This document shows, one piece after another, positions 1-14,984 of a DNA stretch of 64,000 nt. Origin of the DNA: Octopus vulgaris (taxonomy: Eukaryota); the NCBI GenBank assembly GCA_951406725.2, contig OX597821.1, positions 66,340,001-66,404,000 of the forward strand. Reading direction: 5' to 3'. Position 1 is the stretch's first letter; the number at the start of each line of letters is the position of its first letter. Below the pieces are notes generated by a model. That model saw only the letters and a program-made list of their open reading frames with translations, had not been told where the DNA came from and did no database searches. The position numbers and the translations under genes were made by a program.

Positions 1-297
1 TTCGTCCCTTACCTGTTTCCCTATATTCACTTTCATCCCCTTCTTGTTTAATAATAATCTCATTACCTCTTTTCTTGTTGTATATCACACGAATTTATAA
101 AGCTGTCAAGGCTTCCATTTTAGATATACCAAATAAATACTGCAGCCTCTTATTCGTTTTGATAGCCTAAATATACAGTACGTTCATCGATCCAAGAACG
201 TGTTTAATTCTCTCTCCTCATTTATCCCCCTCTCTTTTCCTCTCTCTGTTCCCTTTTCCTCTCTGTATCTCTTATTATATATATATATATATATATA

Positions 298-490
298 CTC
301 TTTTACTTGTTTCAGTCATTTGACTGTGGCCATGCTAGAGTAAATCGACCCCAGGACTTATTCTTTGTAAGCCTAGTACTTATTCTATCGGTCTCTTTTG
401 CCGAACCGATAAGTTACGGGGACGTAAACACACCGGCATCGGTTGTTAAGCGATGTTGGGGGGACAAACACAGACACGCAAACATACACG

Positions 491-524
<34 letters not shown>

Positions 525-682
525 TATATATACATCTATACCACGGGCTTCTTTCAGTTTCCGTCTACCAAATCAACTCACAAGGCTTTGGTCTCCCGAG
601 GCTATAGTAGAAGACACTTGCCCAAGGTGCCACGCAGTGGGACTGAACCCGGAAGCTACTTACCACGCAGCCACTCCTACGC
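298..682 (-). mobile_element. tRNA-derived SINE family A (CORE-like segment, internal CA/TA microsatellite)
   Basis: Reverse complement gives head GTAGGAGTGGCTGCGTGGTAAG...GGTTCAGTCCC (A/B boxes), CCTTGGGCAAGTGTCTT and tail GACTGAAACAAGTAAAAGAG; same sequence recurs many times in the window. Confidence 0.85.
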
Positions 683-726
683 ATATATATACATATATAT
701 ATATATGTATATGGATACATATATAT

Positions 727-1623
<897 letters not shown>

Positions 1624-1699
1624 TAGACAATGAAATGTATGGTATATACTTGAGTGTTTACCGGTAAAGCACATTTACTTTTGCATATATATATATATA

Positions 1700-1730
<31 letters not shown>

Positions 1731-1924
1731 CTGTATTTATATATACACACATATGTATGTATGTATTCTTGTATTCCTTTATTCGTTGCAGCCATGCAGT
1801 TGCGGTTGTATTGGAGCGCCACCGTGATTTTGTACTTTTACATATCATTCTTCTTTGGCTGATTTCCACAGGGTGATCGGGTTTCATATCACCACATCCG
1901 CATGTGGTTTTTCCCTTGCTTGCT

Positions 1925-2520
1925 AACCAGTTTGATTAATTAGGGAGTTTGATACTGCTACCCTCATCTGTACCTCTTAACCAGGCCGTTGATTCATCCA
2001 GTGTTGTGGACAGAACAATGTCTAATTCCTTGTTGAAGACATCCACATCCACATTGTTTAGGCTTCTTAATTTTGGGGACAGAGCATTGAAGTGCTGTGG
2101 GCCCTTGAACCCCAAGTTTTCACAGTACTTGGTCCTGAATTTATATGGGGTGGATGGTACAATTCGTACAATACGACGGCGTTTAGTTCGGGCATTTGTA
2201 TAATACTCGGTACCTAAATTAGATAGTAGCGTTTTTAGAATTTGCAATATGTAGATTATTACATATGTATCGCATCTTCACTTCAAGCTGTAAAGTCATA
2301 GATTATTAGCTTCTCCCGGTAGCTCATCCTTTGTACAGTTACAATCGATTTGTAGTAATGTTGGACCGCTTCAAGCTCGCTGTTAGTTTGTCGTTATGTC
2401 GTGACCACAACTGGGAACAGTTGCCCAGGCAGCTGAGAACAAAGTCATCCCACAGGATCAATATGAATTCGTGGTCTCTTGTCTTGAAGGACCTTATTAT
2501 CCATCCTGCCAGTTGTATGC
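1925..2520 (-). pseudogene. Decayed 3' end of a CR1/L2-like LINE ORF2
   Basis: Translations GWIIRSFKTRDHEF...LSCLGNCSQLWS and GFKGPQHFNALSPKLRSLNNVDVDVFNKELD resemble post-RT C-termini; frameshifted. Confidence 0.7.
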
Positions 2521-2534
2521 ATTTCGTTAAATAC

Positions 2535-2940
2535 AGAGAGAGAGGACCCTTCATCAGTTGTCGGCTATCTATCTACTCTTCATTTCGAGCATTCAATGAC
2601 AATATGCTTCTTCAAAGACAGTTGCTCCCATATATATATACATGCTTATACAGGTACAGGATGTCACCAACGGTGCAAACAACACGAAATAAACAAACGA
2701 GTTAAATACGTTAAAAAGGAGGAAAAAATGGAAAGCAGAACAGGTAAACACAGAGAGGACCCTTCATCAGTTGTCGGCCGTCTATCTCCTCTTCATTTCG
2801 AGCATTCTATGACAATATGAGTCTTCAAAGACATTTGCTCCCATAAATTCTAAAATAGAATTTAGGATTTATGGAGGGTCAAAGTTGGGAGCCAAAACAG
2901 GACAGTGGAGACATACAAGGAAACCGAACGAAAACAAACA
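2535..2940 (-). mobile_element. Two partial copies of a PLE pseudo-LTR-like repeat with hammerhead-like motif (also 37390-37640, 38475-38650)
   Basis: GAGGACCCTTCATCAGTTGTCGG...TTTCGAGCATT...CTTCAAAGACA repeated at ~2543 and ~2755; rc CTGTCT-TTGAAGA-AGCAT/ATGCT-C-GAAA...TA-GATAG. Confidence 0.6.
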
Positions 2941-3216
2941 TATTTGTGTTATATCACTCTTATTTTACCGGGATTGCAATGTGGGTAGAATTATTAGATA
3001 TACCTATTAATTCTACACTGCATTAGCTTTACACTGCATTAGATTATACCTACTGATTCAAAGGTAAGCTACTGATTGCTGGTTCAATCCCAACTGGACA
3101 TTTGCGAGTACAACTCCAGCCCCTGTCTGAACTGAGAATCTAATGGTTCATCAACCTGAACACTCAGACCGCATACTTATTGGTTTGGATTGCCATGACC
3201 CGAACTTTTCATCGGC

Positions 3217-3332
<116 letters not shown>

Positions 3333-3393
3333 AAGAAGAAAATAGAGATTGGGAAGTTTATAATTGTTTATTATTAACAGAAAATTAATCATC

Positions 3394-3487
3394 TTCACTT
3401 ACAGCTGTTTCAGTTAATACTCAGTAAATATTAAGTAGATATTAAATTTATATTTATATGACCTAAGCATAATATCTTCAGAGGGAA
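3394..3487 (-). ncRNA. Type-I hammerhead-like motif with long stem II
   Basis: rc TTCCCT-CTGAAGA-(~60 nt)-GAAAC-AGCT-GTA-AGTGAA; palindromic AGCT stem III typical of PLE hammerheads. Confidence 0.55.
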
Positions 3488-3544
3488 AAAAATTATACCC
3501 TTGGATATTTTATATGCATTTATGTATTCATTATATCATTCATG

Positions 3545-3592
<48 letters not shown>

Positions 3593-4051
3593 ATTACTTT
3601 AAGAAAATGAATTCCTCAAAATACTAGGTATTGAACCAATATTTCCTTGGATGAAATCATCCCTTCATGAGGTTAGCATAACCTCTAATCGAGTACACAC
3701 ATACACACACACACACACACATCTATATATTGATGGTTGTTTCTATGTAAAGTTATATATAAACGCAATTAATCATTAAACTGAAAAAGAAACTGATTTT
3801 TTAAAGCTTACTTGTTTTCATTTTTCGAAGAAAAAGTTTGACAGCGACTGCGACGTTTCGGCTTACACGTGATTCCTAGGCCACTCGAGGACGGTGAGTA
3901 AGCTGGGATATCGACTGTCAAACCTTTCTTTGTAAAAAAAAAATCACACACACACATATAAAACATGCGCATACACAATCATACATGCAGCCATATATAC
4001 AAATATCCATACATTACAAAGATACACATAGTCACTTGCGTGCACACACGA

Positions 4052-4111
<60 letters not shown>

Positions 4112-4265
4112 ACACACACACAGAGTTTAAAGAAATTTACAAGCTTTTTTGGTTATATTTGACAGTTTGCAAGAAAAAAAGAGAAAGCACAATATCCCAA
4201 TCAAAAATATATTTATTTTAAAAATCAATTAAAATGTCAGCTTGATTATGGCTGAGAGATAATAG

Positions 4266-5008
4266 TTTACTCGAAGTAGCTACTCTCATCTTCCACCACG
4301 GCCTCGGAGACGGCTCCCGAACTTGGCACATGCGTTTCTCACTGGGTTACTGGGAAGATGTTCGAGCACAATCTTGATCTTGGCCACCAGCACTGCGTTG
4401 ATGTTGCGGGCAGCGTGGCTGAAGTTTTGTGAAGCCCCACACATAGTAATCTATGCGATTACAATCGGGGAAATTAGGGGGTCAGAAACTGGTCCTGGTG
4501 AAGTCCTTAGTAATTCTCTGACAACCACTTACGACTCTTTCTGGTGCCCAAACTTGCTGGCAAACATATTGCCTTCCGTCAGTTACCCGCGTCAGCTAGG
4601 GATTGACTACAGTCTTCTGCAGCTTTACATACCCCTTTAAATTGTGCCTTTGACCCAGTTCAAAGATCTGGGGACAAGTGCCGACGGGCGGGCCGGCGCA
4701 GCCTGTACGCCTGCTGTGTCCTTTCCTGCTGGTCACAGCCTTGTAGTCTCCGTTGCAGCTGTCCATGTCACAGTGTTCTCAGAGTACTGAGCTGCAGGCA
4801 TAATGTAGCCATTTCGTTATCCGGCGCGAATCGTCATCATTTAGATTACTTTTTTCCAATATTCAAGTGGCTTCCAGTCCTCAAGTTTTTGTCAACTACA
4901 TCTTAAATCTTTATGCCCTCCAACGCCGTTGACTGTTCACGAAAACCTCAAGCTATTCCTGAAAAAAAGGTGATATAAAAAATCGTCAAAGTTAGCCCGA
5001 ACTCCCTG
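4266..5008 (-). pseudogene. Internally deleted Tc1/mariner-superfamily transposon (transposase remnant)
   Basis: rc translations GRQYVCQQ, RKSRKWLSENY, F*PPNFPDCNRIDYYVWG (WPPNSPDxNP motif), RNACAKFGSRL/EAVVEDESSYFE*; CAGGG-type end near 5008. Confidence 0.75.
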
Positions 5009-6556
5009 TTTATATATGATATTTCTGTTTACAACGATAACTGACAGTAGGGTACGTATATATAGAAGTGACATCTATTCGCTGCTATATGATTTATCAT
5101 ATCATAATGAAAAGTCAGTTAGAGCTGCTCATATAAATTGCAATTCTTACATTTATACAAATCTCTTCATTCGCGATGTGTTGAGCAGTGACCCTGTTGC
5201 AGAAGGAACAACTAACAACGCCTCACATTTCACCCAATCAATTCAAATGTTTGCCTGTGGACAGTAACATGGAAATGTCAAAGACACAGAGAAAGTCCAG
5301 TCATCAGCGTGAACCTGGAAGATATCTGGAAGGAAGTTTATAGACATGCAGCCGTCGTCGTCGTCATCATAAATTGATTGATGTTAGTGACCTGTGATGT
5401 TAATTGCTTCATGCATGCAAGTTGCTAATCATTGAATGAGCGTCCTTGAAATGAAGAGAGAATGGTCATGATGCTGGAGATGGTGGTGGTGGTGGTGGTG
5501 GTGGTGGTGATGTTGGCGGTGTTGGTGGCGGCGGCGGTCATAATATATCATGATGATTGATTTTAGAAGAATGACCCTGAAAAGCCAATAGCGATCGCCG
5601 TGACTGACCTTACAGGAACGACCTTAAAATAGGAGATACATCAGTTATACGACTGGATAAATCCCTGACAGATTTATCCAGTCCGTAAAATGAATAAATA
5701 AATAAATAAATAAATAAATGAATGAATGAATGAATGAATGAATGAATGAATGAATAACACAAAGTCTTGTTTAAAACGCTGATTAAAATCAGGCTTACAC
5801 TCACACACAATTACTCACACGCACTCACATACGCAAACACATATGCACACGCTGTCAGATACGTCCACAAATACATACAAACGTGAATATGCCATCATTG
5901 TAATATCACAGTATATTCGACTAAATCGAGACCATGTACGTGCTTTCTCACTGTGCTAGAAATAGTAACAAAATATCCATTAAATCATACAGTAATTACT
6001 TAAAAAGCAGAACATCGTATAAAGACAATTACTTGAGTTGCTTTGGTCACGTGTCTGCTTTGTTGGAGTTGACCCGAGACTAAACGACAGCATCTGCAGC
6101 AACATCCGCAGCAACGATATCAGCAACAGCAGCAACAGCAACAACAACAAAAGTAACAACAGCTATAGCATCAACGTAAAATACATATTTCCACGATGTA
6201 ATGAAAGTCATAGTTGACCCTAAAGGAACTCAAACACAGTATGAAATCAGCTAATCTAACGCACTCAGCACTCTGCTTATTCTCCCGCTACTTACCGACC
6301 AATTTTAAGTTCCGATACAATAGAAGAGCATCAGTTTATATTATTTTAAAGAAATATGAAATAGGCGTAGGAGTGGCTGTGTATAGGCGTAGGAGTGGCT
6401 GTATGGTAAGTAGCTTTCTTACGAACTACATGGTTCTGGGTTCAGGCCCACTGCGTGGTACCTTGGGCAAGTGTCTTCAACTATAGCCTCAGGCCGACCA
6501 AAGCCTTGTGAGTGGATTTGGTAGACAGAAACTGAAAGAAGCCCGTCGTATATATG

Positions 6557-6932
<376 letters not shown>

Positions 6933-6965
6933 CACGCACACACACACATATATATATATATATAT

Positions 6966-7258
6966 GGAGGCGCAATGGCCCAGTGGTTAGGGCAGCGGAC
7001 TCGCGGTGGTAGGATCGCAGTTTTGATTCCCAAGCCGGGCGTTGTGAGTGTTTATTGAGCGAAAACACCTAAAGCTCCACGAGGTTCCGGCAGGAGGTGG
7101 TGGCGACCCCTGTTGTACTCTTTCGCAACAATTTTCACTCACTCTTTCTTCTGTTGGCCTGCTCGCTTAGCCAGCGGGGTGATGTCATTTGAAGGCTAAA
7201 ACAATGTGACCAGCGATGTGTAGCAACATCTGATAGCCTGATCAATCACGGTGATCAC

Positions 7259-7262
<4 letters not shown>
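6966..7262 (+). mobile_element. SINE B, tail type 1
   Basis: GGAGGCGCAATGGCCCAGTGGTTAGGGCAGCGGACTCG head; tail ending in CACGGTGAT repeats. Confidence 0.85.
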
Positions 7263-7320
<58 letters not shown>

Positions 7321-8169
7321 TGTGTGTATATGTTTGTGTGTCTGTGTTTGTCCCTCCAACATCGCTTGACAACCGATGCTGGTGTGTTTACGTCCCCGTA
7401 TCTTAGCAGTCCGGCAAAAGAGACCGACAGAATAAGTACTAGGCTTACAAAGAATAAGTACTGGGGTCGATGCGTTCGACTAAACGCAGTGCTCCAGCAT
7501 GGCCACAGTCAAATGACTGAAACACGTAAAACAGTAAATGAGTATGTATAAAATAAAACTGAAATAGCGTCGCTGAGTCAAGACCAACCGAAGACTCATT
7601 CCTTGCCGTACTTAATTCACCGCGAAATCACAACTCTGATTAAACTAGTGAAGTTGAAGAATCGTTAGAACACAAAAGATTATACCTTGTTAAGACGTCG
7701 GCTTAACGATGAATTTTTAATGATGGATTGTTAAGACGTTGGCTAAGATGATTTTATGTTTATCCATCACCCAGTTTGCCACCATAAACTGGTCCTTCGA
7801 TCCTTTATGTTGCGACAAGTATCCGAAGTGTGGAGGAGCGTAGCTTAGTGGTTAGGGTATTGGACTCACGATCGCAAGATTACAGGTTCGCATCTCGACT
7901 AAATTAAGACATTTTTACTTAGAATATGTATTGCGTTACACCGAACATGATTGTATCAGCCATTTTGCCATAGTGTATGTCACTGTACCACAGTGTTTCA
8001 CTGTTTTTTACTCAGCGTCGTAGATTTCAGTCAAAGTATGAGTGAGGTGCGCAGGACTTGAGAAGTCTGAAATTAAAGAACTTATTTGCCAGGACAATGT
8101 TTCCATATACCGAAAAACAAAATTCCTCAATTCCTAAACAGAAACGGCAGCCTATTGATAGTGATCATA

Positions 8170-8737
8170 ACAAGGAGAAGGAGGACGATGTTGATGATGA
8201 TGATGATGAGGATGATGATGAGGATGATGATGAGGAGGAGGACCATGTTGATGATGATGATGATGTTGATGGAGGTGATGGTGATGATGATGATGATGAT
8301 GACGGCTGTGGTAGTGGTGGTGGTTGTGCTGATGATGGTAATGATGATGATGATGATGATGATGATGACGACGACGGCTGCGGTGGTGGTGGTGGTGGTG
8401 GTGGTGGTGGTTGTGGTGATGATGACGACGATGAGGCGGGATGTGAGTGTGATGATGTTGTTGACGATGTTGATGATGACGACGACGACGACGATGTTGA
8501 TGATGCAGCAGATGATGACGATGATGACAACGACTATGACGACGGTGAAATGGATGGTATTGGTAGCGGATGTGGACTGTGGAGGTAATGAAACAGAAAA
8601 TGAGGATAACGTAAATCATAATTATGATGGACATCAAAATCACACGGACAAATTCATCATCGGTGATGTCGTCGTCGTCATCAACGTCGTCATCATGATC
8701 ATCATCGTCGTCATCATCATCGTCGTTGTCGTCGTCG

Positions 8738-8777
<40 letters not shown>

Positions 8778-8840
8778 TATCGTCATCATCGACATCATCA
8801 TTGACACCATCATCATCATCATCATCATGTCATCATCATA
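8170..8840. repeat. Compound trinucleotide tract (GAT/GGT/GAC then CAT/CGT)
   Basis: Directly visible. Confidence 0.9.
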
Positions 8841-8951
8841 GTTTTCCGTTGAGATTTATCATGATTCTGAAGAAATAAAAGAAGGAAGAAAGAGAGTTGC
8901 TGAAAAGCTAGTGGAAGAAGAGGGAGAGAGAGAGAGAGAGAGAGAGAAAGG

Positions 8952-8983
<32 letters not shown>

Positions 8984-9099
8984 AAGGGAGAGAAAGAGAG
9001 AGAGAGAAATACAGAATATCACGTAACTATGTCATATAACAAATTCACTGGATATATTTATACACAATCATACATATATATAAGTATATACATACATAC

Positions 9100-9462
9100 A
9101 CACGTGTGTGTGTGTTTGTGTGTGCGTTTGTATGTGTGTGTATGTGAGTGTTTATGTCTGCCAACCATTAACCAAACAAGCGTGTATCACACGAAGACAC
9201 GTATTCATGTAAGTAGACGCATGCACACACATACACACACACACATACAGAAACAGACACATACATACATACACGCATGCATGCATGCAGACACACACAG
9301 AGAAACAGACACACACGAACATACACAGATAGAAACAGGCACAAACCCATACACACATGCACAGACAAAAACAGACAGACAGACACACACACACAGAGAA
9401 ACAAGCACACGCACACACAGAGACAGAAACAGGCACACACACACATACACGTATGCATGCAT

Positions 9463-9496
<34 letters not shown>

Positions 9497-9732
9497 AAAC
9501 GGGCACACACTTACACGCATGCATGCAAACACACACATATACTGAGAGAAACAGGCACACACACATACACGCATGCATGCACACACTCACACACACACAC
9601 ACACAGAAACAGGCACACTCACACACATACACGCATACATACACATATACACAGACTGAAACAGAAAGACAGACACACACACATACACACACACAGAAGG
9701 AGGCACACACACACGTACACGCTTGCATGCAC
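9100..9732. repeat. Degenerate (CA)n minisatellite with recurring ACAGAGAAACAGGCACAC unit
   Basis: Directly visible. Confidence 0.85.
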
Positions 9733-9824
9733 ACGTTATGGGGCACTGAATTAACATGGCAGCATTCAAGCATTCAAATGAGCGAAGCCAGTGTAGCATA
9801 TGTATATACGTATGTGTGAGTGCG

Positions 9825-10013
9825 TACGTGCGTACTTGCATTTCTATGGTATTTCGTCTGTCTTTACGTTTTGAGTTCAAATTCTGCCGAGGTCGACTTT
9901 GCGTTTTATCCTTTCAGGGTCGATAAATTAAGTACCAGTGAAACTCTGTGGTTCATTTAATCGACTAGCTCCCTCTCCCAAAATTTCGGGCCTTGTGCCT
10001 AGAGTAGAAAAGA
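9825..10013 (+). mobile_element. SINE family C (Nin/Deu-domain-like)
   Basis: GAGTTCAAATTC B box followed by GTCGACTTTGCGTTTTATCCTTTCAGGGTCGATAAATTAAGTACC; related copies at 10360-10550(-), 23203-23410, 45830-45970(-), 48620-48815, 62420-62510(-). Confidence 0.75.
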
Positions 10014-10670
10014 GTAATCATAATGCTAAAAAGGGTTAAGCCATTTTTACAACCATGCCACCATACGGAAAGTGACAAGGCTGGTCCTTTCAAAGACAGG
10101 TACTGCTCATTTTTGCTAGCTGAGTGGACTGGGGCATCGTGAAATATAAAGTTTCTTGCTCAAGGACAACGCGCCACCGGTAATCGAACTCTCGATCATC
10201 TGACGATCGTTAGCCGCATACCCTAACTACTGAGCTACGCGCCTTCGCCCACTGGTCCGTATCAGGACAATTACCCCCCCCCCCCGTGAACAATTACTCC
10301 CATAGGACAAATCCACCCGACGACAACTACCCCCTCTCTAATATATTCTTTTTTTTACTCTAGATACTAGGCTGAACGTTTTGGGGAGGGCGTCAGTCGA
10401 TTAGATCGACCCCAGTACGCAACTTGTACTTAATTTATCGACCCCGAAAGGATAAAAGGAAAAGTCGGCCTCGGCGGAATTTGAACTCAGAACTTAAAGA
10501 CGGACAAAACAACGCTAAGCATTTCGCCGTTTCTGCCAGCTCACCGCCTTCCCGTCGCGAATAAATTGAGATGTTTTAAATTTTCATCTGTTGTCCTTGA
10601 CGGGTTATTGTCCATGAGGGGTAAATGTTCTAGACCCCACTGGTCAACACAAGTCTATAGAAGACAAATG

Positions 10671-11056
10671 TGGAGGCGCAATGGCCCAGTGGCTAGGGCA
10701 GCGTACTCGCGGTCGTAGGATCGAAGTTTCGATTCCCAGACCGGGTGTTGTGAATATTTATTGAGCGAAAACACCTGAAAGCTACACGAGGCTCCGGCAG
10801 GGGGTGGTGGTGAACCTTGCTGTACTCTTTCACCACAACTTTCTCTCACTCTTTCTGTCTGTTTCTGTAGTACCTGTAATTCAAAGGGGCCAGCCTTGTC
10901 ACACCTTTTGTCACGCTGAATCTCCCCGAGAACTACGTTAAAGGTACACGTATCTGTGAAGTGCTCAGCCACTTGCACGTTAATTTCACGAGCAAGCGCT
11001 GTTCCGTTGATCGGATCGACTTGAACCCTTGCCGTCGTAACCGACGGAGTGCCACG
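10671..11056 (+). mobile_element. SINE B, tail type 2
   Basis: Family B head then GTCACGCTGAATCTCCCCGAGAACTACG...GTAACCGACGGAGTGCCAC; same body at 50300-50697(+) and 61602-61922(-). Confidence 0.85.
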
Positions 11057-11369
11057 AGGACAGAAGACAAATATGCAGTGTATGGGACCCAGAGCCATCA
11101 TTTCGCGAATCAAACTTCATAACCACACATCGTATACTGCTCCTACGCTCATGTATAATAATGCCACTGTTCATATATTCGTTGATATTTGATTATACAT
11201 ATATATAGTTGATTAATAAAGGCAAAGTATGTGATTGGAAGAGTTGGTTTTCATTTTGTAGATGTATGGAGGTAAATATTCATTGAATGTTCTATACACA
11301 CAAAAATAAACCCACACATGCATGTACGTGTCTTTATAAATATACGTGTGCGCTTCAGTATGCAATTAT

Positions 11370-11426
11370 AGATATATATATATACTTAAACACATACACA
11401 CACATGCATATATATATTTGTATGTA

Positions 11427-11470
<44 letters not shown>

Positions 11471-11906
11471 CAAATATATATATGTACATATATGTGTGCA
11501 TATATATATGTATATATATATTTGTATATATATGTATGTATATATATATGTATACATGTATATATATATATGTATGTATATGTACATACATTTATATATA
11601 TATGTATATATATGTACACATTTATGTATATATATGTCCATATATATGTGGATATATATATATGTGCATCTACATATCTATATATATATGAATATGCATA
11701 TGCATATACGTATATATATTTGTACGCGTGTATACATATATACATATATGCATACATGTAAATATACTATAATGTAATAATGTAATATATGCCTGTGAGT
11801 CAGTGTATGTACGTACATACACATTTATTTGTATGCGTGCGCATATATATGCATATAACATGCTTACTTTTAAGTATATCATAATGTACTAATGTTATAC
11901 ACACAC

Positions 11907-11956
<50 letters not shown>

Positions 11957-11985
11957 GTATATATATATATATATCTATCTATCTA

Positions 11986-12029
<44 letters not shown>

Positions 12030-12030
12030 C
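11370..12030. repeat. Degenerate (TA)/(TATG) microsatellite field
   Basis: Directly visible; similar fields at 17660-17840, 24997-25690, 39430-39650, 40385-40570, 54920-55465. Confidence 0.9.
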
Positions 12031-12982
12031 ACACGCATGCATAAAGTATAGTTTTAATATTTAGTTAATATCCAATCAAACTATATAGTGACATTTATTC
12101 TTCTATACATACATACATATATGAAACACATGCCCACAGACACACACATACACACATTCACTCGTGCAGACACACACATACACGCACATACACACACACA
12201 CACATTTACACTGAAGCAAAACCAAATCTAAATAAACTCCAGTTCACACATGCACGTATCACACACGTAGACCTATTCAAATAAATGGCAGAATCCAACT
12301 CCTTCAGACATGTATCATCTCTCAATTTCTAAACATCACATTCAAATAATTAACATCTATTTGCTGGCATATTACACATATATATTTACATATTTACATA
12401 TCGTATTCTAGATTAACATTTAAATGTGCAGTTTTATGGCTGCAGCTATGGTTAAAATTGCAATAATTTCATTATAATGGAAGCTTTCTATCTAGTTTTT
12501 GCCTACAGTTATTGTCTTTCCCTGTTAACTCTTATGTCTGGTGTTCTGAATGTGTACATCAGTACCTAAGTAGAAACATACGCACAAACACAAACATAAA
12601 TACACATAAACGCTGGCACTCTGAAACATATACACGCATACACAAACACAAACATGAGGGTGTATAAATACGTTTACATTACACATAGACACCGGCACAC
12701 GGATGTACACAGAGTGAGAATATATTCTTGGTAGAAAGAGAGGTGATCAATATGGCTGCCAGAAATTACCTCAAGGGAACGTACTGCAGACTAAATACTA
12801 ATATGGTAGGTTCTCTCATATATGTAATATAGTGTGTTGAGAAACTTCGATCAAGTGTGATTATCCACGCAATTAGACGAAAAAATATCCCTCTAGGGTT
12901 TTTTTGCATAATTGAAAATCAACAAGCACGTGTGTATACAATTAGCCACATCAAAATTTAACCGAATTGTACACAAGGACAC

Positions 12983-13026
<44 letters not shown>

Positions 13027-13684
13027 GCACACGCACGGGCATATATACACATACGCGGACGCTTATTTGGGAATGTTATTTTAAAGAAACTTGAAGAAAA
13101 ACAACAGGAAATTTATTGATGTTCAGTACTAAAGTCAAATTTATCATAAAATTAGTTTTAATTGGGACTTCAAATTTAGTCAGACGGTTAATTAAACCGA
13201 CGACTCCATTCAATTATTTAATTTTCAACAAAGAAAATTACATGTTGCAATGAAATTGCTAACCTACACACAATCGCATCTACCCTATGGACGTGCTGTT
13301 TCTACCGTCTGTTGTTTTGTCGTAACCAGGGTGGCCCTTATCCTTTAGAATTGGCTTGCTTTATACCGCTTCCACGACGTTCCCGACACGTTCATCTCTT
13401 TTGCTGAACGATTAACGGGGGATGTAAACAAACCAACACCAGTTGTCAAGCGATGATGGGATGCACAAACACAACGACACACATACATGTACCTACGTGC
13501 ATACAGACATATTTTCAATGGGCTTCTAGACAGTCTCCGTCTAGCAGATTCTCTCACAAGGAATTAGTCAGCCTGGAGCTTTAGTAGAAATGACTTGCTT
13601 ATGGGGTAAGGTGAAACCACGTGGTTGCAAAGTGAGCTTCTTAACCTCACAGCCCTGTCGGCGCCAATAAAATAATGTCGTCTG

Positions 13685-13753
13685 CCAGAATCCCAAGATT
13701 ATCACGTGACCTTTCATAAAAGTCTGACGCTCAACCGACTGAGCTAGGCAGGC
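13685..13753 (-). pseudogene. tRNA-Lys(UUU)-like relic with insertion at the canonical intron position; T-arm and 3' acceptor missing
   Basis: rc GCCTGCCTAGCTCAGTCGGTTGAGCGTCAGACTTTTA-[17 nt]-ATCTTGGGATTCTGG versus typical GCCCGGATAGCTCAGTCGGTAGAGCATCAGACTTTTAATCTGAGGGTCCAGG. Confidence 0.65.
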
Positions 13754-13764
13754 TACTATAAAAC

Positions 13765-14740
13765 AGATAATCTTTATCTTAATAACTATCTCCTTCTTCA
13801 AGCTCCAGATGTACTTTGATAACAAGAGGAAGATATTTTTTTTACTTCTTAGGTATAAGATGTTGATGTACTTGATCATGACCGTATTCTTCGCGAGACG
13901 GATACAGCCTTTCTCATTTCCATTTCTCGGTTAATTGTAGCCTTTGTTAAGTAATTGCCACTGAGTGAATGCAATATCGCGTTACTTCAGTTCCATTCAG
14001 CTGATGAGTTTGTCGTCGGTCTATTGATGTTCCTGTTGCTTCCAGCTCTAAGAGTGGCAATGTTTTTGCTGCATTTAAGTTTCACGTTCATTTTGTATAA
14101 TAGCAAATAGGAAAATGCTGTTCGTTTTGCTTTGTCTTTTTTACAAATATTTAGCACTTTCTAAGCAGTATTGGATGCTACTTTCATACTATAGAGTGGA
14201 TTGAATCAAGGACGGTTTCTTTCTATTGTTTATTATTCTCTACTATTTATTTTTACATATATATTTCTTCTTCTCTTTTCCCTCTTTAAATCATCTTGGT
14301 GCAGCTTTGCATCAAAGCACTTTCCTTAGTACATCAATGTATTCATGTTCAGTACTAGTAATTTTTTTTTTTGCTTCTTTGTCTGCAGGAGAATATACTG
14401 CATACTCTACTTCTAATCTTTTAAACTTGATTACTATAATTGTAAATGACGGTTTCTATGTAAAATACGCCTTTGCTTTGCTTTCTAATCCGCTGGTCAG
14501 ACTGCTTTGATATTTAAAAAGTTTAAAATCTTTAAGGTTAGTTCTGAAGAGAATTTAATAGTGAAATATTCAAATGTTTCCATTTAAGCAATTTTTCTAA
14601 ATTCGTCGCGGTACTTACTAGCTGTTCATGCCGTGAGAGAGAACAATCAGGTTGTCATCTTGGTGCACAACTTTATGTATAGAGAGCATAACCTAATTTG
14701 ATGGATATTTATTATGTCCCACCAGTCTACAGACATTAAA
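13765..14740 (-). pseudogene. Highly decayed Penelope-like element, Naiad/Chlamys type
   Basis: Ordered degenerate motifs VCRLVG (CELVG), HQDDNLIV (YRDDGL), RNRP*FNPL (WFNPP), LSKYIWSLK. Confidence 0.6.
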
Positions 14741-14823
14741 TATATTGAAACTTCATCTTCTGACCTAGCTATAATGTAGGAGCTGTTAAAAATAGAATCG
14801 GAGTAATCTGATTAAAACCTCAC

Positions 14824-14895
14824 GGGCATATGGTGTAGTGGTTAAGAGCGCGGCTACTAACCCCAAGATTCCGAGTTCGATTCCAGGCAGTGACC
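14824..14895 (+). mobile_element. Short tRNA-derived SINE head followed by (AAT)n
   Basis: TGGTGTAGTGG A box, GAGTTCGATTCC B box. Confidence 0.6.
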
Positions 14896-14984
14896 TGAAT
14901 AATAATAATAATAATGATAATAATGATAATAATAATAATGAGAAGAAGAAGAAGAAGAAGCAGGGAGAAGAAGAAGAAATGCTC

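Noticed and set aside
3822-3935. Imperfect hairpin with GAAACGTC on the minus strand as a hammerhead
   Set aside because: No recognisable position 3-9 core between the stems
6966-7040. SINE heads as functional tRNA genes
   Set aside because: No proper acceptor stem or terminator; they continue into SINE bodies
8058-8841. Asp-, Met- or His-rich ORFs up to 251 aa
   Set aside because: Stop-free frames of trinucleotide repeats, open on both strands, no domain signal
9029-9880. HT/CV-rich ORFs
   Set aside because: Translation of (CA)n minisatellite
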